This document shows positions 41,111 to 53,989 of a stretch of DNA of 64,000 nucleotides, piece by piece. The position numbers and the translations under genes were made by a program. Under the pieces are notes generated by a model, which was not told the DNA's origin, did no database searches, and saw nothing but the letters and a program-made list of their open reading frames with translations. Origin of the DNA: Paraspadella gotoi (Eukaryota > Animalia > Chaetognatha); the NCBI GenBank assembly GCA_051294375.1, contig JBJCIZ010000239.1, positions 5,629,936-5,693,935 on the forward strand. The letters run 5' to 3'. Within the stretch, counting starts at the first letter, position 1; each line of letters opens with the position of its first letter.

Positions 41111-44100
41111 CGTCCGACGCTCCGCCTCGATTTCCTTCCAATGCATCATCCAAGATTTTTCCTTTGTCACGCGCTACCGCTGGGGAATACCAAGCACCGT
41201 CGTCGTCGTCGTCGTCGTCGTCGTCATTTGCGTTGTTTCCGTCGTTTGCGCTGTTTTTGCGGTTTGGTGTCATCGTCTTACTCGTCGGCATCGTTGTTGT
41301 TTTGTGTGTGTGATGTTGGTATGGCTTGGTATAGTCGTCGCTCGTCGTCGTCGTCGTTTACGCTCTCATCGTTGATGTCCTTTGACACTACCCGTCGTTT
41401 CAAGTCTCCACAAAGTTCTGTCGGCGTTTGTTTGGATGGGTTAAAATGCCGGCAAATGTCAGAAAAAGTGCCGCTGATGCCGAGAGATATTGCTCGTGCT
41501 GTAATAGTTTCCGATCAGCGATTTTCGGAGAGAGCAATAATTATTGTTTCGAGTAAAAACCAATGGAAAAACAATCAATTTGAAGCCTCCGGAATGAAAA
41601 CTAAAGCGTTCGGTCTTAGTATTTTAAATACTTTCAAATACTTAATTCGATATGATTACCTAAATAACAAAAACACATTTTTACTATTTCAGAGTTTATT
41701 CGAGATGCTCTCGTTAAGTTCGATCGATATTTCACCATTATTAGAAATGTTCGAGGTGCTCTCGTTAAGGTCGATCGATTTTGCCTCTGTACAACTATTT
41801 AGGAAGCCGCTATAGAAAAAGAAGCCAGTAACTTTTTTTTTATATTTTTGTTATCGATAGATGCTTCCTCTTACAAACTTATAATTCCGCTAGTTAATTT
41901 TTTTTCTCTCAAACGAGCGAAGGGAATCCACAACTTTCTGTTATTTTATGATTTCTGGTAAAAAATTAGGAATAAATTACATTAACATTGTCGGAGGTAG
42001 ATTTTGAAGGTATAATGTCTTGTGAAGCCTGTGAGACGTTAAATAATTAAAGAATTCGCCTATTTTATTATTGTAAAAATGACAGTAAAGTGCGAAGAAG
42101 TTGATAATGTTTTCCGGGCTCATTTCAGTAAAACATCCCTGTTCTCTAGCATAAAAATAATGTCTTACTTTTTTGCTGGGGTAGTTAAAATAGGAAAGAC
42201 TAAATACTTTGCTGTGATGGGGTGAATAATTACTTTTTGGAGAATTTTGAAGCATGCTGTAAAATCAGACAAGCAAAAGTATTAAGTGACAAAAAATTCA
42301 TCATTTTTTTATCCAAAACAAACTTTAAATTTTACTAGAGTACAATTTAGCTCTTTTTCTTTAGGAATCATTAATAAGAATTAAATTTTTCATCTATCTC
42401 TTATAGGGTGTCATTAGTTTTTAAAATTCATTTATAACTTTTGACTTAGTTTGACACTCACCCTGTAAGGATGGGTATTCAGCTTAAGTAATGTCTAAAA
42501 TTGTATCTTGTTGTGTGCCCTATTGATTATGGCTTCATTTTGGTACTATTACCAATCCTTATATCTTTTATTCGCCTCTCAAAATGATATTAGGAAAAAT
42601 CAGTTTTTTTCTCACACGCTCTCCTTTTAATTCTGTTTTAAATAAAAATTTCGCTGATTCAAACCGGGACTATTTCATTTAACCTGGATCTATTTTATGT
42701 CAAATCATTATAAAAAATGGAGAAAAAGAAAATAGGACAAGCTCTTCAGACACAAAAGCTATCAGAATCGCGAAATTCGAAGTCGCTCATGTAACAGGAA
42801 CATAGAGCAATCCCGTTTTGCAATTTTAAGTTTGTAACTTCCCTTTCATTTTTATAGTAAAAATGAAGGTTGAAAATCTCCGGAGAATGAGTAGTGCATT
42901 TCCCCTGGCTTGTTTGATATTAAATCCTTTAATCAAATGCCATAAAACGAATTAGGGACCAAGCTCTCAGATGTATATCAATATCGGAATCGTGTAGTTT
43001 TTACAAGTGTTTTTTAACCGAATTTTGTGCAAACGCGTTATGCAATTTGGCGGTAGGATCAGATGTTGAACGGAATTCATCTATTAGAAAAATGTTGAAT
43101 TTTTATTTAAGCAAGATTTCTGCGTCTCAAACTATTGATTTATTCTTTTTCTCTCTCGGTTCTTCTTCTATGCTTATTTCTTATGCGAAATAAAATCTTT
43201 GAAAGAAGTTTATCCTACTTTTCGATGTTAGCTATAACTCATGAAAAGGGAGCTCTTCAATATTAGGCCTTAAAAAAGTTTTGCTCTCGGAACGGGAGTC
43301 GGGACAACGCGATCGCGTGATTTCGCGACTCGTGAAAACAGTTGAAAGGAGAAAGAAGAAAAAATGAAGGATTTTCGGATTAGTTAAAACGAGATCCGAA
43401 ACAAGATTGTGGAAGGAGAAAAAAAAAAAAATTCAACAGTACCGCGAGTTTAAAGCGTTGCGGCCGCGGTGAACAAAAAAGCATCCACGCAAATCAGTCG
43501 TTGAAATAAGTACGTTTAACATTCTACCGTCCACGAAGTCGATACATATTTACGATATACATTCTACGGAAACTTTACCTTACTACTAAATAATATTTAA
43601 AAATATAGTTATAGTTATAAAATATTTAAAGTGTAACTAAGACAAACTGACCGGACCGACCGACGCTCGAGTTCTTTCAGAATAGGTTCCGAGGCGCAAT
43701 CTATGCAAAGAAACACCTTGAACGAAACTGAAACAAAAAAACCGAAAAACGGAGGAGAAAACGATAAGACGAAACGGGCATGGAATCGGAAAACGATGAA
43801 ATCTTCCAGAGATTCGAAAGTATGAAGAGAAGAACAAAAATATTGCCATTGCTTCCATTTACTGTGCGCGCTCTTCGGATTTTTGCAACTCGACCCTCTT
43901 CGCCATGTGGAGCCGCCTAGAGTTTTTTTTAAATTTGCACAATTTTAACTGAAATTTGGGTACAACCGTGTCGGATTTCGGGCGCAAAAAAAAAAAGATC
44001 AATCCGGCACTACCCAGTAGCTAATTTTTGACAACTCACATATAGTATTAGTTGGGGGAATACTATATTGTACTCTTGCCAGCTTCAAATATACATGGCT

Positions 44101-47100
44101 GAAATTTTATGAATTGGTCAACCATATAACTCTAATCCTGTGTATCACCCCATAACCTTATTAGCTTTCAATCCCTAACCCTAAGATCTTAAAAGTCCAG
44201 AACCCAAAACTCTATTTTTCGTTTCTCATTATATTTCTGAAAATTTTGTAATTAAAAATTATGGCGAATTGACTTGTAGGCATCAAAGACGGCGCCGAAG
44301 AGTTGCGTCAATTGCCACGTCAGCTGCCTGCAGATGAGTTCGTAATAATAGCTTAATTGCTATATAAAAGTTTCCAGGAACAAAGTCTTATTTTGTTCAA
44401 TTTAAAATGGTGCCTTAATAAATAATCAAAGCATATAGATATTCACTGCTTTACTATCAAGCAATTACAATATCTATCTGCAACAACAAAATGGTTGGCT
44501 TCCGTGTTATTAGAAGCACAATACTACTACTAGTTCAACCTTTAGGAGTTGATTAACAGTCTTCATCTGTTTTACTAGTNNNNNNNNNNNNNNNNNNNNN
44601 NNNNCTCTTCCTTCACGTCCGAACGCCCGCCTCGATTTCCTTCCAATGCATCATCCAAGATTTTTCCTTCTGTCACGCGCTACCGCTGGGGAATACCAAG
44701 CACCGTCGTCGTCGTCGTCGTCGTCGTCGTCATTTGCGTTGTTTCCGTCGTTTGCGCTGTTTTGCGGTTTGGTGTCATCGTCTTACTCGTCGGCATCGTT
44801 GTTGTTTGTGTGTGTGATGTGGTATGGCTGGTATAGTCGTCGTCGTCGTCGTCGTCGTTTACGCTCTCATCGTTGATGTCCTTTGACTACCGCCGTCGTT
44901 TCAAGTCTCCACAAAGTCTGTCGGCGTTTGTTTGGATGGGGTTAAAATGCCGCAAATGTCAGAAAAATGCCGCTGATGCCGAGAGATATATGCTCGTGCT
45001 GTAATAGTTTCCGATCAGTCGATTTTCGGAGAGAGCAATAAATTATTGTTTCGAGTAAAAACCAATGGAAAAACAATCAATTTGAAGCCTCCGGAATGAA
45101 AACTAAAGCGTTCGGTCTTAGTATTTTAAATACTTTCAAATACTTTAATTCGAGATTTACCTAAATAACAAAAACACATTTTTACTATTTCAGAGTTTAT
45201 TCGAGATGCTCTCGTTAAGGTTCGATCGATATTTTCACCATTATTAGAAATGTTTCGAGGTGCTCTCGTTAAGGTCCGATCGATTTTTGCCTCTGTACAA
45301 CTATTTAGGAAGCCGCTATAGAAAAAGAAGCCAGTAACTTTTTTTTTATATTTTTGTATCGATAGATGACTTCCTCTTACAAACTTATAATTCCGCTAGT
45401 TAATTTNNNNNNNNNNNNNNNNNNNNNNNNNTACATTCTTTCTAAATAGATGAATTCCGTTCAACATCTGACTACCGCCAATATTGCATAACGCGTTTGC
45501 CAGAAAATAATCGGGTTAAAAAACACATTGTAAAAACACACGATTCCGATATTGTATGACATCGAGAGCTTGTCCCTAATTCCGTTTTATGGCATTTGAT
45601 TAAAGGATTTATATATCAAACAAGCCAGGGGGAAAGCGACTACTCATTCTCCGGCAGATTTTCAACCTCATTTTACTATAAAAATGAAGGGAAAGTTACA
45701 AACTTAAAATTGCAAAACGGGATTGCTCTATGTTCCTGTTACATGAGCGACTTCGAATTTCGCGATTCTGATAGCTTTTGTGTCTGAAGAGCTTGTCCTA
45801 TTTTTCTTTTTCCGCATTTTATAAATGATTTTGACATACAATGATCCAGGTTTAAATGAAATAGTCCCGGTTTGAATCGAGCGAAATTTTTATTTAAAAC
45901 AGAAATTAAAAGGAGAGGGTGAGAAAAAACGTGATTTTTCCTAAATATCATTTTGAAGAGGCAATAAAAGATAAAGGATTGGTAATAGTACCAAATGAAG
46001 CCATAATCATAGGGCACATCAACAAGATACAATTTTAGACATTACTTAAGCTAAAACCATCCTTACAGGGTGAGTGTCAAACTAAGTCAAAAGTTATAAA
46101 TGAATTTTAAAACTAATGACACCGCTATAAGAATAGATGAAAAATTTAATTCTTATTAATGATTCTAGAAAGAAAAAGAGCTAAATATGTACTCTAGTTA
46201 AAATTTAAAGTTGTTTTGGATAAAGAAAATGTGAATTTTTTGTCACTTAATACTTTTGCTTGTCTGATTTTACAAGCATGCTTACAAAATTCTCCAAAAA
46301 GTATTTATTCACCCCATCAAAGCAAAGTATTTATCTTTCTATTTACACCCAGCAAAAAAGTAAAGACATTATTTTTATGCTAGAGAATCAGGGATGTTTA
46401 CTGAAATGAGCCCGGAAACACATTACAACTTCTTCGCACTTTACTGTCATTTTTCAATAATAAAATAGGGCGAATTTCTTTAATTATTTAACGTCTCACA
46501 GGCTTCACAAGACATTATACTTCTTCAAAATATCCCAATGTTAATGTAATTTATTCTAATTTTTTACCAGAAATCATAAAATAACAGAAAGTTGTGGATT
46601 CCCTTCGCTCGTTTGAGAAAAAAAAATTAACTAGCGGAATTATAAGTTTGTAAGAGGAAGCATCTATCGATACAAAAATATAAAAAAAAAGTTTACTGGC
46701 TTCTTTTTCTATAGGCGGCTTCCTCATAGTTGTACAGAGGCAAAATCGATCGGACCTTAACGAGAGCACCTCGAACATTTCTAATTAATGGTGAAAATAT
46801 CGATCGAACCTTAACGAGAGCATCTCGAATAAACTCTGAAATAGTAAAAATGTGTTTTTTGTTAATTTAGGTAAATCATACTCGAATTAAAGTATTTGAA
46901 AGTATTTAAAAATACTAAGACCGAAACGCTTTAGTTTTCCATTCCGGAGGCTTCAAATTGATTGTTTTTCCATTGGTTTTTACTCGAAACAATAATTTAT
47001 TGGCTCTCTCCGAAAATCGCTTGGATCGGAAACTATTACAAGCACGAGCATATATCTCTCGGCATCAGCGGCCATTTTTCACTGACATTTGCCGGCATTT

Positions 47101-48930
47101 TAACGCCATCCAAACAAACGCTCGACAGAACTTTGTGGAGAACTTGAAACGACGGGTAGTCAAAGGACATCAACGATGAGAGCGTAAAACGACGACGACG
47201 ACGACGACGACTATACCAGCCATACACAACATCAACACACAAACAACAAGCGATGCCGACGAGTAAGACGATGACACCAACCGGCAAAACAGCGCAAACG
47301 ACGCGAAACAACGCAAATGACGACGACGACGACGACGACGACGACGAGTGCTTGGGTAATTCCCCAGCGGGTAAGCGCGTGACATAAGGAAAAATCCTTG
47401 GATGATGCATTGGAAGGAAATCGAGGCGGGCAGTTCGGGACGTGAGGGAAGAGAAGGGGAATAGAGAAGAGGAGAAGGGAGAGAGAGAGTAGAGAGGGAA
47501 GAGGCAAAGAGGAGGGATTATTGGATAGAAGGAAGAAAAGGGAGAGGAAAGGAAGAGGGAGGAAGAGGGGAGGAGGAAGGGTAGAGAAGAGAGGGAGGAA
47601 AGAGGGAGCAGAAAGAGGAAGGGATATATAGGAAGAAGGGAAGAAAAGAGGGAGGAAGGGATAGAGGAAAGAAGGGGAGGAAAGAGGGAGCGAGGGGGTA
47701 GGAAGGGATAAAGAAGAACGGGGAGCGAAAGAGGGAGCAGAAAGAGGAAGGGATAATACTAGGAAGAAGGGAAGAAAAAGAGGGAGGCAGAGGGATAAAA
47801 TGTTGAATTTTTTTTTAAGCGAGATTCTCGTCTAAACTATTGTATTTTTTTCTCTCTCGGTTCTCTCTTGCTTATTTCTTATGCGAAATAAAATCTTTGA
47901 AAGAAGTTTCCTACTTTTCGATGTTAGTATAACTCATGAAAAGGGAGCTCTTCAAATTAGGCTTAAAAAAGTTTTGCTCTCGGAACGGGGAGTCGGACAA
48001 CGCGATCGCCGTGATTCGCGACTCGTGAAAACTTGAAAGGAGAAAGAAGAAAAAATGAAGGATTTTCGATTAGTTTAAAACGAGGATCGAAAGATTTTGA
48101 AGGAAAAAAAAAAAAAAATCTAACAAGTACCGACGAGTTTAAATGCGTTGCGCCGCGGTGAACAAAAAAGCATCCACGCAAATCAGTCGTTGAAATAAGT
48201 ACGTTTACATTCTACGATCACAAGTACGATACATATTTACGATATACATTCTACGGAACTTTACCTTACTACTAAATATTATTTAAAAATATAGTTATAG
48301 TTATAAATATTTAAAGTGTAACTAAGACAAACTGACCGACCGACCGACGCTCGAGAGTCTTTCAGAATAGTTCCGAGGCGCAACTATGAAAGAAACAAAA
48401 CCTTGAACGAAACGAAACAAAAAAACAAAAACGGAGGAGAAAACGAAAGACGAAACGGCAGGAAGGAAAAGATGAAATGTTCCCAGAGATTCGAAGATGA
48501 AGAGAAGAACAAAAATATTGCCATTGCTTCCATCTTCGTCGCGCTCTTCGGATTTTGCAACTCGACCCTCTTCGCCATGTGAGCCCGCTAGAGTTTTTTT
48601 TAAATTTGCACAATTTTAACTGAAATTGGTACAACCGATGTTGCGGATTTCGGGCCGCAAAAAAAAAAAAGATCAATCCGGCAACTACCCAGTAGCTAAT
48701 TTTGACAACTCACATAAGTATTAGTTGGGGGAATACTATATTGTACTCTGCCCAGCTTCAAAATACAATGAGCTGAATTTTATGAAATTGGTACAACCAA
48801 TATAACTCTAATCTGTTATCACACCCATAACCTTATTAGCTTTAATCCCTAACCCTAGATTTAAAGTCCAGAACCAAAATCTATTATTTTCGTTTCTCAT
48901 TATATTTCTGAAATTTTGTAATTAAAAATT
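40700..48930. repeat. Mosaic of duplicated blocks: 44606-45406 repeats 41100-41898; ~45432-47790 is the reverse complement of ~40700-43075; ~47795-48930 repeats ~43070-44260
   Basis: Shared unique strings in both orientations, short N gaps at 44580-44604 and 45407-45431, and indel-type differences between copies. Confidence 0.88.
42402..42467. mobile_element. Tiny Tc1/mariner-type MITE remnant (inverted copy at ~46064-46129)
   Basis: The ends TA-TAGGGTGTCA and TGACACTCACCCTG-TA resemble TA-flanked CAGGGTG terminal inverted repeats. Confidence 0.45.
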
Positions 48931-49362
48931 ACATTTTTTGGCGAAATGAAAAAAATTTCCTTATTTTCCTTAGACGCTTCTTTTCATCTTAAATTAGGTT
49001 TAAAGATTAGGCAAAAGGTTAGGGTTATGAATCAGGTCAATTATTAAGGTATAGAATTAGGTTAACGATTACGTTAGTGCTTAAAGATCGGACTCTAAGG
49101 ATATATGTTAACCAGACTCATTAACTTCTAACCCCAATCTATTACTCTAAAACCCTAATTCCATATTTTAATCCTTAACCTGATCTCTAACCGTAATCTT
49201 TAATCTTTAAACCTAAAAAAAGAATTTAATTTGGGATTTAAGATGAAAAAAAGCATCATAGGAAAATAATGCCTTTTTGTTTTTTGAGCCAAATGATATT
49301 ATTTTAAATTACCAAATTTTCAAGGATTTAATGAGAAATAAAAATGATTGATTTTGGTTCTG
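48869..49362. mobile_element. Foldback MITE with ~130-bp degenerate TIRs enclosing TTAGGG-like and CCCTAA-like inner arms
   Basis: The left end cagaaccaaaatc...tttctcatta...ttattttcct...ttttcatcttaa is reverse-complementary to ttaagatgaaaa...ggaaaataa...taatgagaaa...gattttggttctg on the right. Confidence 0.65.
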
Positions 49363-49603
49363 CGCATCTCCAATAGAGTGAAGTTACTTAAATGATATCT
49401 TGATAACTATCTTATTACTGAATGCTAATTTGTATTAATCTTTCTCTTTTTTTACTAATGTAGTTCCCAGTCAGCTTATTTTGTATAGATTGCGTCAAAA
49501 GTTCTGATTTGTTTTTCCTAATTTTAAGAACAGATTCAGATTCTTCATGGAAAGTTGATTTAAATAATGATTTGAATATGACTGCTATAATAACCTTTTT
49601 TAA

Positions 49604-49995
49604 TTTTTTTAGTCGGATCTGCTTATCAGCAGATCCCGACTGTATAATTCACTTTGTCGGTCCGTCGGTCCGCCCCCTCAATATTGTCGGGCACTAACTT
49701 ATATCATGTCAGAACATCGAATTATGATAAATTATGCAAAAAAACGATGTCCGTCCGTCCGTCCCACCTTAGCAAAAAACACCAATTACTCGTGATTGGA
49801 TGGATGGATTGGAATGAAATTTTGTGTGTGGGTAGGGAAGTGTGTGATTGAGCTGTATATGAAGTTTCGATGGAATCGTCCAAGTGGAAATGAGTTTAAA
49901 TGGAAAAAATAAAAAAATAAATTTCACTATTTGAACACCAATTACTCAAGAGTGCATGGGGCGATTGACTTGAAATTTTGTATTTGTGAAGGAAA
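49604..49995 (+). mobile_element. Helentron/DINE-1-like non-autonomous element (5' part and body)
   Basis: ttttttagtcggatctgcttatcagcagatcccgact (hairpin) gtataattcactttgtcggtccgtcggtcc is homologous to 28998-29135. The body segment 49860-49930 recurs at 51782-51853. Confidence 0.55.
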
Positions 49996-50587
49996 GTGTG
50001 TGATTAAGCTGGAAATCAAGTTTCGTAGGACTAAGCTCTGACGAAAAAAGCCAGAGGTTTTTTTAATATATTCTTTTACCGGCCAATGTAGAATGATGGC
50101 AATATTGCTATTGTTACGTTTCAAAAAAATCCGATCATAAATATAGAAAATATTAACCAAAATCTTCGGAAAATCCACCCCTTCTTTGGAAGATTTTTGC
50201 CATAGAAGAATTTTCCCGAATCTGACTCCCCGATAAAAACTCTTAGAATTCCGATCGTAAGCTCCTCTTTTACTTTTACTTTAAATAAAAATTTCACCAA
50301 AATGGACTAATTCACGTTACCATGATCGTTTCATATTAAAATAACTAAATAAGATGTAAAGAAAAATTTTGAGAGCCCTTCAGACATATGGCTATCGGAT
50401 TCCTGAATTCGAAGTTTATTGTAAAATCACAACATGCCTTAAATGCGTTTATATTGTTGAGAAGTTGAGAAATCCCTTTATTTTATATAGAAAAATTGAG
50501 TTGTTTGTAAATCTTTCTTTTCGTTGGTAGATGATAGACGAAATAACAATTTCAGTTTTTCCCAACGAATTTTTTATTTAAAATGGT

Positions 50588-50631
50588 AGCAGACATGTTT
50601 CGTAACGTGTATTTTGTTCATCATCAGTGCT
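50588..50631 (-). ncRNA. Minimal type I hammerhead ribozyme, inverted copy with an imperfect stem II
   Basis: The reverse complement reads AGCA CTGATGA T GAAC aaaatacac GTTAC GAAAC ATGTC TGCT. Core, stem I and stem III match 51429-51470; stem II has a bulged A. Confidence 0.72.
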
Positions 50632-51034
50632 GAGACTGAATTACAAAATTTGGTAAAGAGAGAAAGAGAGAGAGAGAGAGAGAGCAGAGAGAGAGAAAGA
50701 CAAGGGGATAAAGCTTTCAACAAAGGATTGAGGAAGGCAACATTAGAGGGTGAGGGACAGCTGAAGTTTCAGATTGAGGGATAAAGAAGGGGAAAAGAAA
50801 TGAAATCAGGGAGAGAGATATACAGAGGCAAATAATAGGCTTTACATTGAATTAATGTACAATTAATAAAAAGCATTGTAAAACTAAATTGAAAAGTAGA
50901 GAGGTAAACAGAATTAAAAATTGAAATTAAATGATAACATAACAATTGGGAATAAATTAGTTTTAGTTTAGTTTGTTGGTTGAAAATGGAAAATTGAAGA
51001 TGAAGTATTGTGAAAGGAAAGATAAAGAAAGAAG

Positions 51035-51120
51035 CTCAAAATGAGCTGGCCCCCTCCCCTTTATAGGCCGTCAGATGAGGGTCATTGCAGGTTTAAGGCT
51101 GGTCATTAGGATGGTCATTG
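51035..51120 (-). promoter_or_regulatory. Candidate Pol II core promoter in the spacer of the hammerhead inverted repeat
   Basis: On the minus strand, CCTATAAAGGGG (TATAAA at 51065-51060) is followed by a GC-rich run and an Inr-like CTCATTT ~20-25 nt downstream. Three AATGACC motifs lie upstream (about 51080-51119). Confidence 0.35.
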
Positions 51121-51368
51121 GCCTGTGATCGGGTAGTGTGTGGGATAAGACCCATTGCAACCCTAATGTCCCGAGGCCTGTCATCCTACAGCTTGCCCTC
51201 CTCAATGTAAAGCCTAATTTATTGCCTCTGTATTATCTCTCCCTGATTTCATTTCTTTTCCCCTTCTTTATCCCTCAATCTGAAACTTCAGCTGTCCCTC
51301 ACCCTCTAATGTTGCCTTTCCCTCAATCCTTTGTTGAAGAGCTTTATCCCTTTGTCTTTTCTCTCTCT

Positions 51369-51400
<32 letters not shown>

Positions 51401-51428
51401 CTTTTACCAAATTTTGTAATTCAGTCTC

Positions 51429-51470
51429 AGCACTGATGATGAACGAATGCACGTTCGAAACATGTCTGCT
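51429..51470 (+). ncRNA. Minimal type I hammerhead ribozyme (Penelope-like-element type)
   Basis: Stem I AGCA/TGCT; core CTGATGA (51433-51439) plus one extra T; stem II GAACG/CGTTC; GAAA (51457-51460); palindromic stem III ACATGT; GUC triplet, with the predicted cut after 51466. Confidence 0.82.
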
Positions 51471-52504
51471 ACCATTTAAATAAACAATTCGTTGTGAAAA
51501 ACTGAAAATTGTTATTTCGTCTAAAGAAAAATTGAGATGACAATTTTTTCCTGAGCAGACCAGTCCATTTAAATCTGATGGTTTGATGTCAAAATGATGG
51601 TTAATCATGAAGAGAAAAAAAATGCGAGCCCTTCAGATGCAACAAGATCTGAATCGAGTCTTTTTACATCAATTTTTGATCGGAATTTTTCCCAGGACCG
51701 TTTATATTGTTTTGTAGTCAGATTTGAACGAAAATCTCCATTGAAAAAATCTTCCTCGATCTCTAAAACGACGTCGACTCCTAAGTTTCGATGGAATCGT
51801 TTGAGTGGAAATGAGTTGAAATGGAAAAAAACAAAAAACCTGTTTCACTAATTGATTATGCTTCTTTTTCCTTTTATATTAAATATATTTTTTATATTAT
51901 ATCAAATAATTAATCAGTTAATTAATCAATTAGTCAATTANNNNNNNNNNNNNNNNNNNNNNNNNNNNNNNNNNNNNNNNNNNNNNNNNNNNNNNNNNNN
52001 NNNNNNNNNNNNNNNNNNNNNNNNNNNNNNNNNNNNNNNNNNNNNNNNNNNNNNNNNNNNNNNNNNNNNNNNNNNNNNNNNNNNNNNNNNNNNNNNNNNN
52101 NNNNNNNNNNNNNNNNNNNNNNNNNNNNNNNNNNNNNNNNNNNNNNNNNNNNNNNNNNNNNNNNNNNNNNNNNNNNNNNNNNNNNNNNNNNNNNNNNNNN
52201 NNNNNNNNNNNNNNNNNNNNNNNNNNNNNNNNNNNNNNNNNNNNNNNNNNNNNNNNNNNNNNNNNNNNNNNNNNNNNNNNNNNNNNNNNNNNNNNNNNNN
52301 NNNNNNNNNNNNNNNNNNNNNNNNNNNNNNNNNNNNNNNNNNNNNNNNNNNNNNNNNNNNNNNNNNNNNNNNNNNNNNNNNNNNNNNNNNNNNNNNNNNN
52401 NNNNNNNNNNNNNNNNNNNNNNNNNNNNNNNNNNNNNNNNNNNNNNNNNNNNNNNNNNNNNNNNNNNNNNNNNNNNNNNNNNNNNNNNNNNNNNNNNNNN
52501 NNNN

Positions 52505-53943
52505 TGAACGCCGTCCCCCAAGCTTCAGCTCATTCACCAGCGCCAAAGACAACCAAATGGCTCGTCGACGGAGGGGCGCTACTCGTCAATCGTCCCACTT
52601 CTCAAAAACACGCCATGAAGGCCCAGATCCGAGATAAAGCTACAGGGGCCAACGGCTGGCCCATAAGCTGCTATGGGACGACAGAGAGGACGGTACAACT
52701 GGTAATCATCAATTTGTATACGAATTTGTCATAGCGGACGTCAGACAACACATTCTTGGAGCGGATTTTCTCGCTGAGAATTTCCTGGCTCCAAATCATC
52801 GAGAATGGGTTTGTTGCTCGACCGTCCGCGACTACTCGACCATCGCGCGTCCACCGCGTCAGACCCTCGACACATATCAGTTTTGTAGATCGCAAGGAGA
52901 ACGAAGATTATAAACTCCTACGAGTCTTATCCATCATTATCGACGCCAACCTTCGAGTTAAAGGAACCCAATCACGGGGTTACACACTCGATACTAACGG
53001 AAGGAAGGCCTTGTCAAGCACAGGCCCGCCGCCTCGATCCGTCGCCAAACGGGAACTCGAACGAATGGTATCGATCAGCGTCGCCAAGCGAGGAAAATCC
53101 GAATGGTGCTTGCCGCTGCATGTAGTATCAAAACCAGACGGGGGTTGGCAGTGCTGCGGGGACTATAGGAGCCTCAATGCTCTGACTGTCGACGACAGAT
53201 ACCCAGTGAAGTTGTTAACCGACTTTAATTCACAGTTGGAAGGAAAGACTATTTTTTCTAAAATACATCTATTAAAAGGATATCACTAAATCCCTGTAAA
53301 TCCAGAAGACATGAAAAAAACCGCCGTCATTACACCTTTTGGGTTTTATATTTTCCCCCGCTGTCCGTTCGGCTTCAAAAACGCTGGACAGGACTTCCAG
53401 CAGCTTATGGACGAAGTCCTGGGATACATACCCCATACTTTTGTTTACCTCGACGATATCCTCATCGCCTTGACAACGCCAGAAGAACATCTTCAGGATC
53501 TTGACCGCATTTTCAAGGCCCTCGATGCAAATAGTCTCGTGGTAAACACGAAAAAGTGTCTGTTGGGCCAGGACTCTCTGGAGTTCCTTGGGTTCTTAGT
53601 TGATAAGAACGGAGTGAGGCCGCTTCCAGAACGTGTTCAAACGCTACAGGAAACTGCTCGACCCACGACGATAAAGGAACTGCAGAGATTTTTGGGGAAG
53701 ATAAATTACTACAGGCGTTTCATCCCCAGAGTCGCCCACAGATGTGCTCCCTTGTACGAGGCCCTCAGTGGCAAGCCAAAAAACCTGGACTGGACAAACG
53801 ACTGTGAACAAGCGTTTCAGGCCATGAAAAAAGGATTGATCCAAGTGGCATTACTTCATCATCCTAGAACCGGAGCAAAACTTTGCATCACAACGGATGC
53901 CTCAGATTTGGCCGTTGGAGCAGTGCTGGAGCAAAGAGGCCCA
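52505..53943 (+). mobile_element. pol: Decayed Ty3/Gypsy LTR-retrotransposon pol fragment (aspartic protease, reverse transcriptase, start of RNase H); frameshifted, with a premature stop and 3' truncation
   Basis: Protease motifs WLVDGGA, LQGANGWPISCYG and ILGADFL lie in shifting frames (52557-52775). RT motifs: SEWCLPLHVVSKPDGGWQCCGDYRSLN, IFSKIHLLKGYH*IPV (TAA 53287-53289 where Gln is expected), KTAVITPFG, PFGFKNA, YLDD (53446-53457), LQRFLGKINYYRRFIP. The RNase H start ITTDASDLAVGAVLEQ is followed by abrupt loss of similarity near 53943. Confidence 0.93.
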
Positions 53944-53989
53944 CTTACTCTGTTGTGCTCAAGATGCTTCGACGTCAAAAAATACAGAA

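Larger units (their letters stand above)
50535..51523. mobile_element. Inverted repeat (arms 50535-50850 and 51202-51523) with a hammerhead in each arm; Penelope-like inverted pLTR structure without a recognisable ORF
   Basis: The arms are reverse complements over ~320 bp, including a (GA)n/(CT)n tract. The ~350-bp spacer is unique, and no RT or GIY-YIG motifs were seen. Confidence 0.7.

Noticed and set aside
40467-41815. 302-aa and 385-aa ORFs
   Set aside because: They run through a SINE, a polypyrimidine repeat and (GTC)n, and the frame is not preserved in the duplicate copies.
43637-43910. Minus-strand hydrophobic ORF (and its copy at 48362-48676)
   Set aside because: The two copies give different peptides and I could not reconstruct a coherent consensus protein. 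The Phe-rich content reflects A-rich low complexity.
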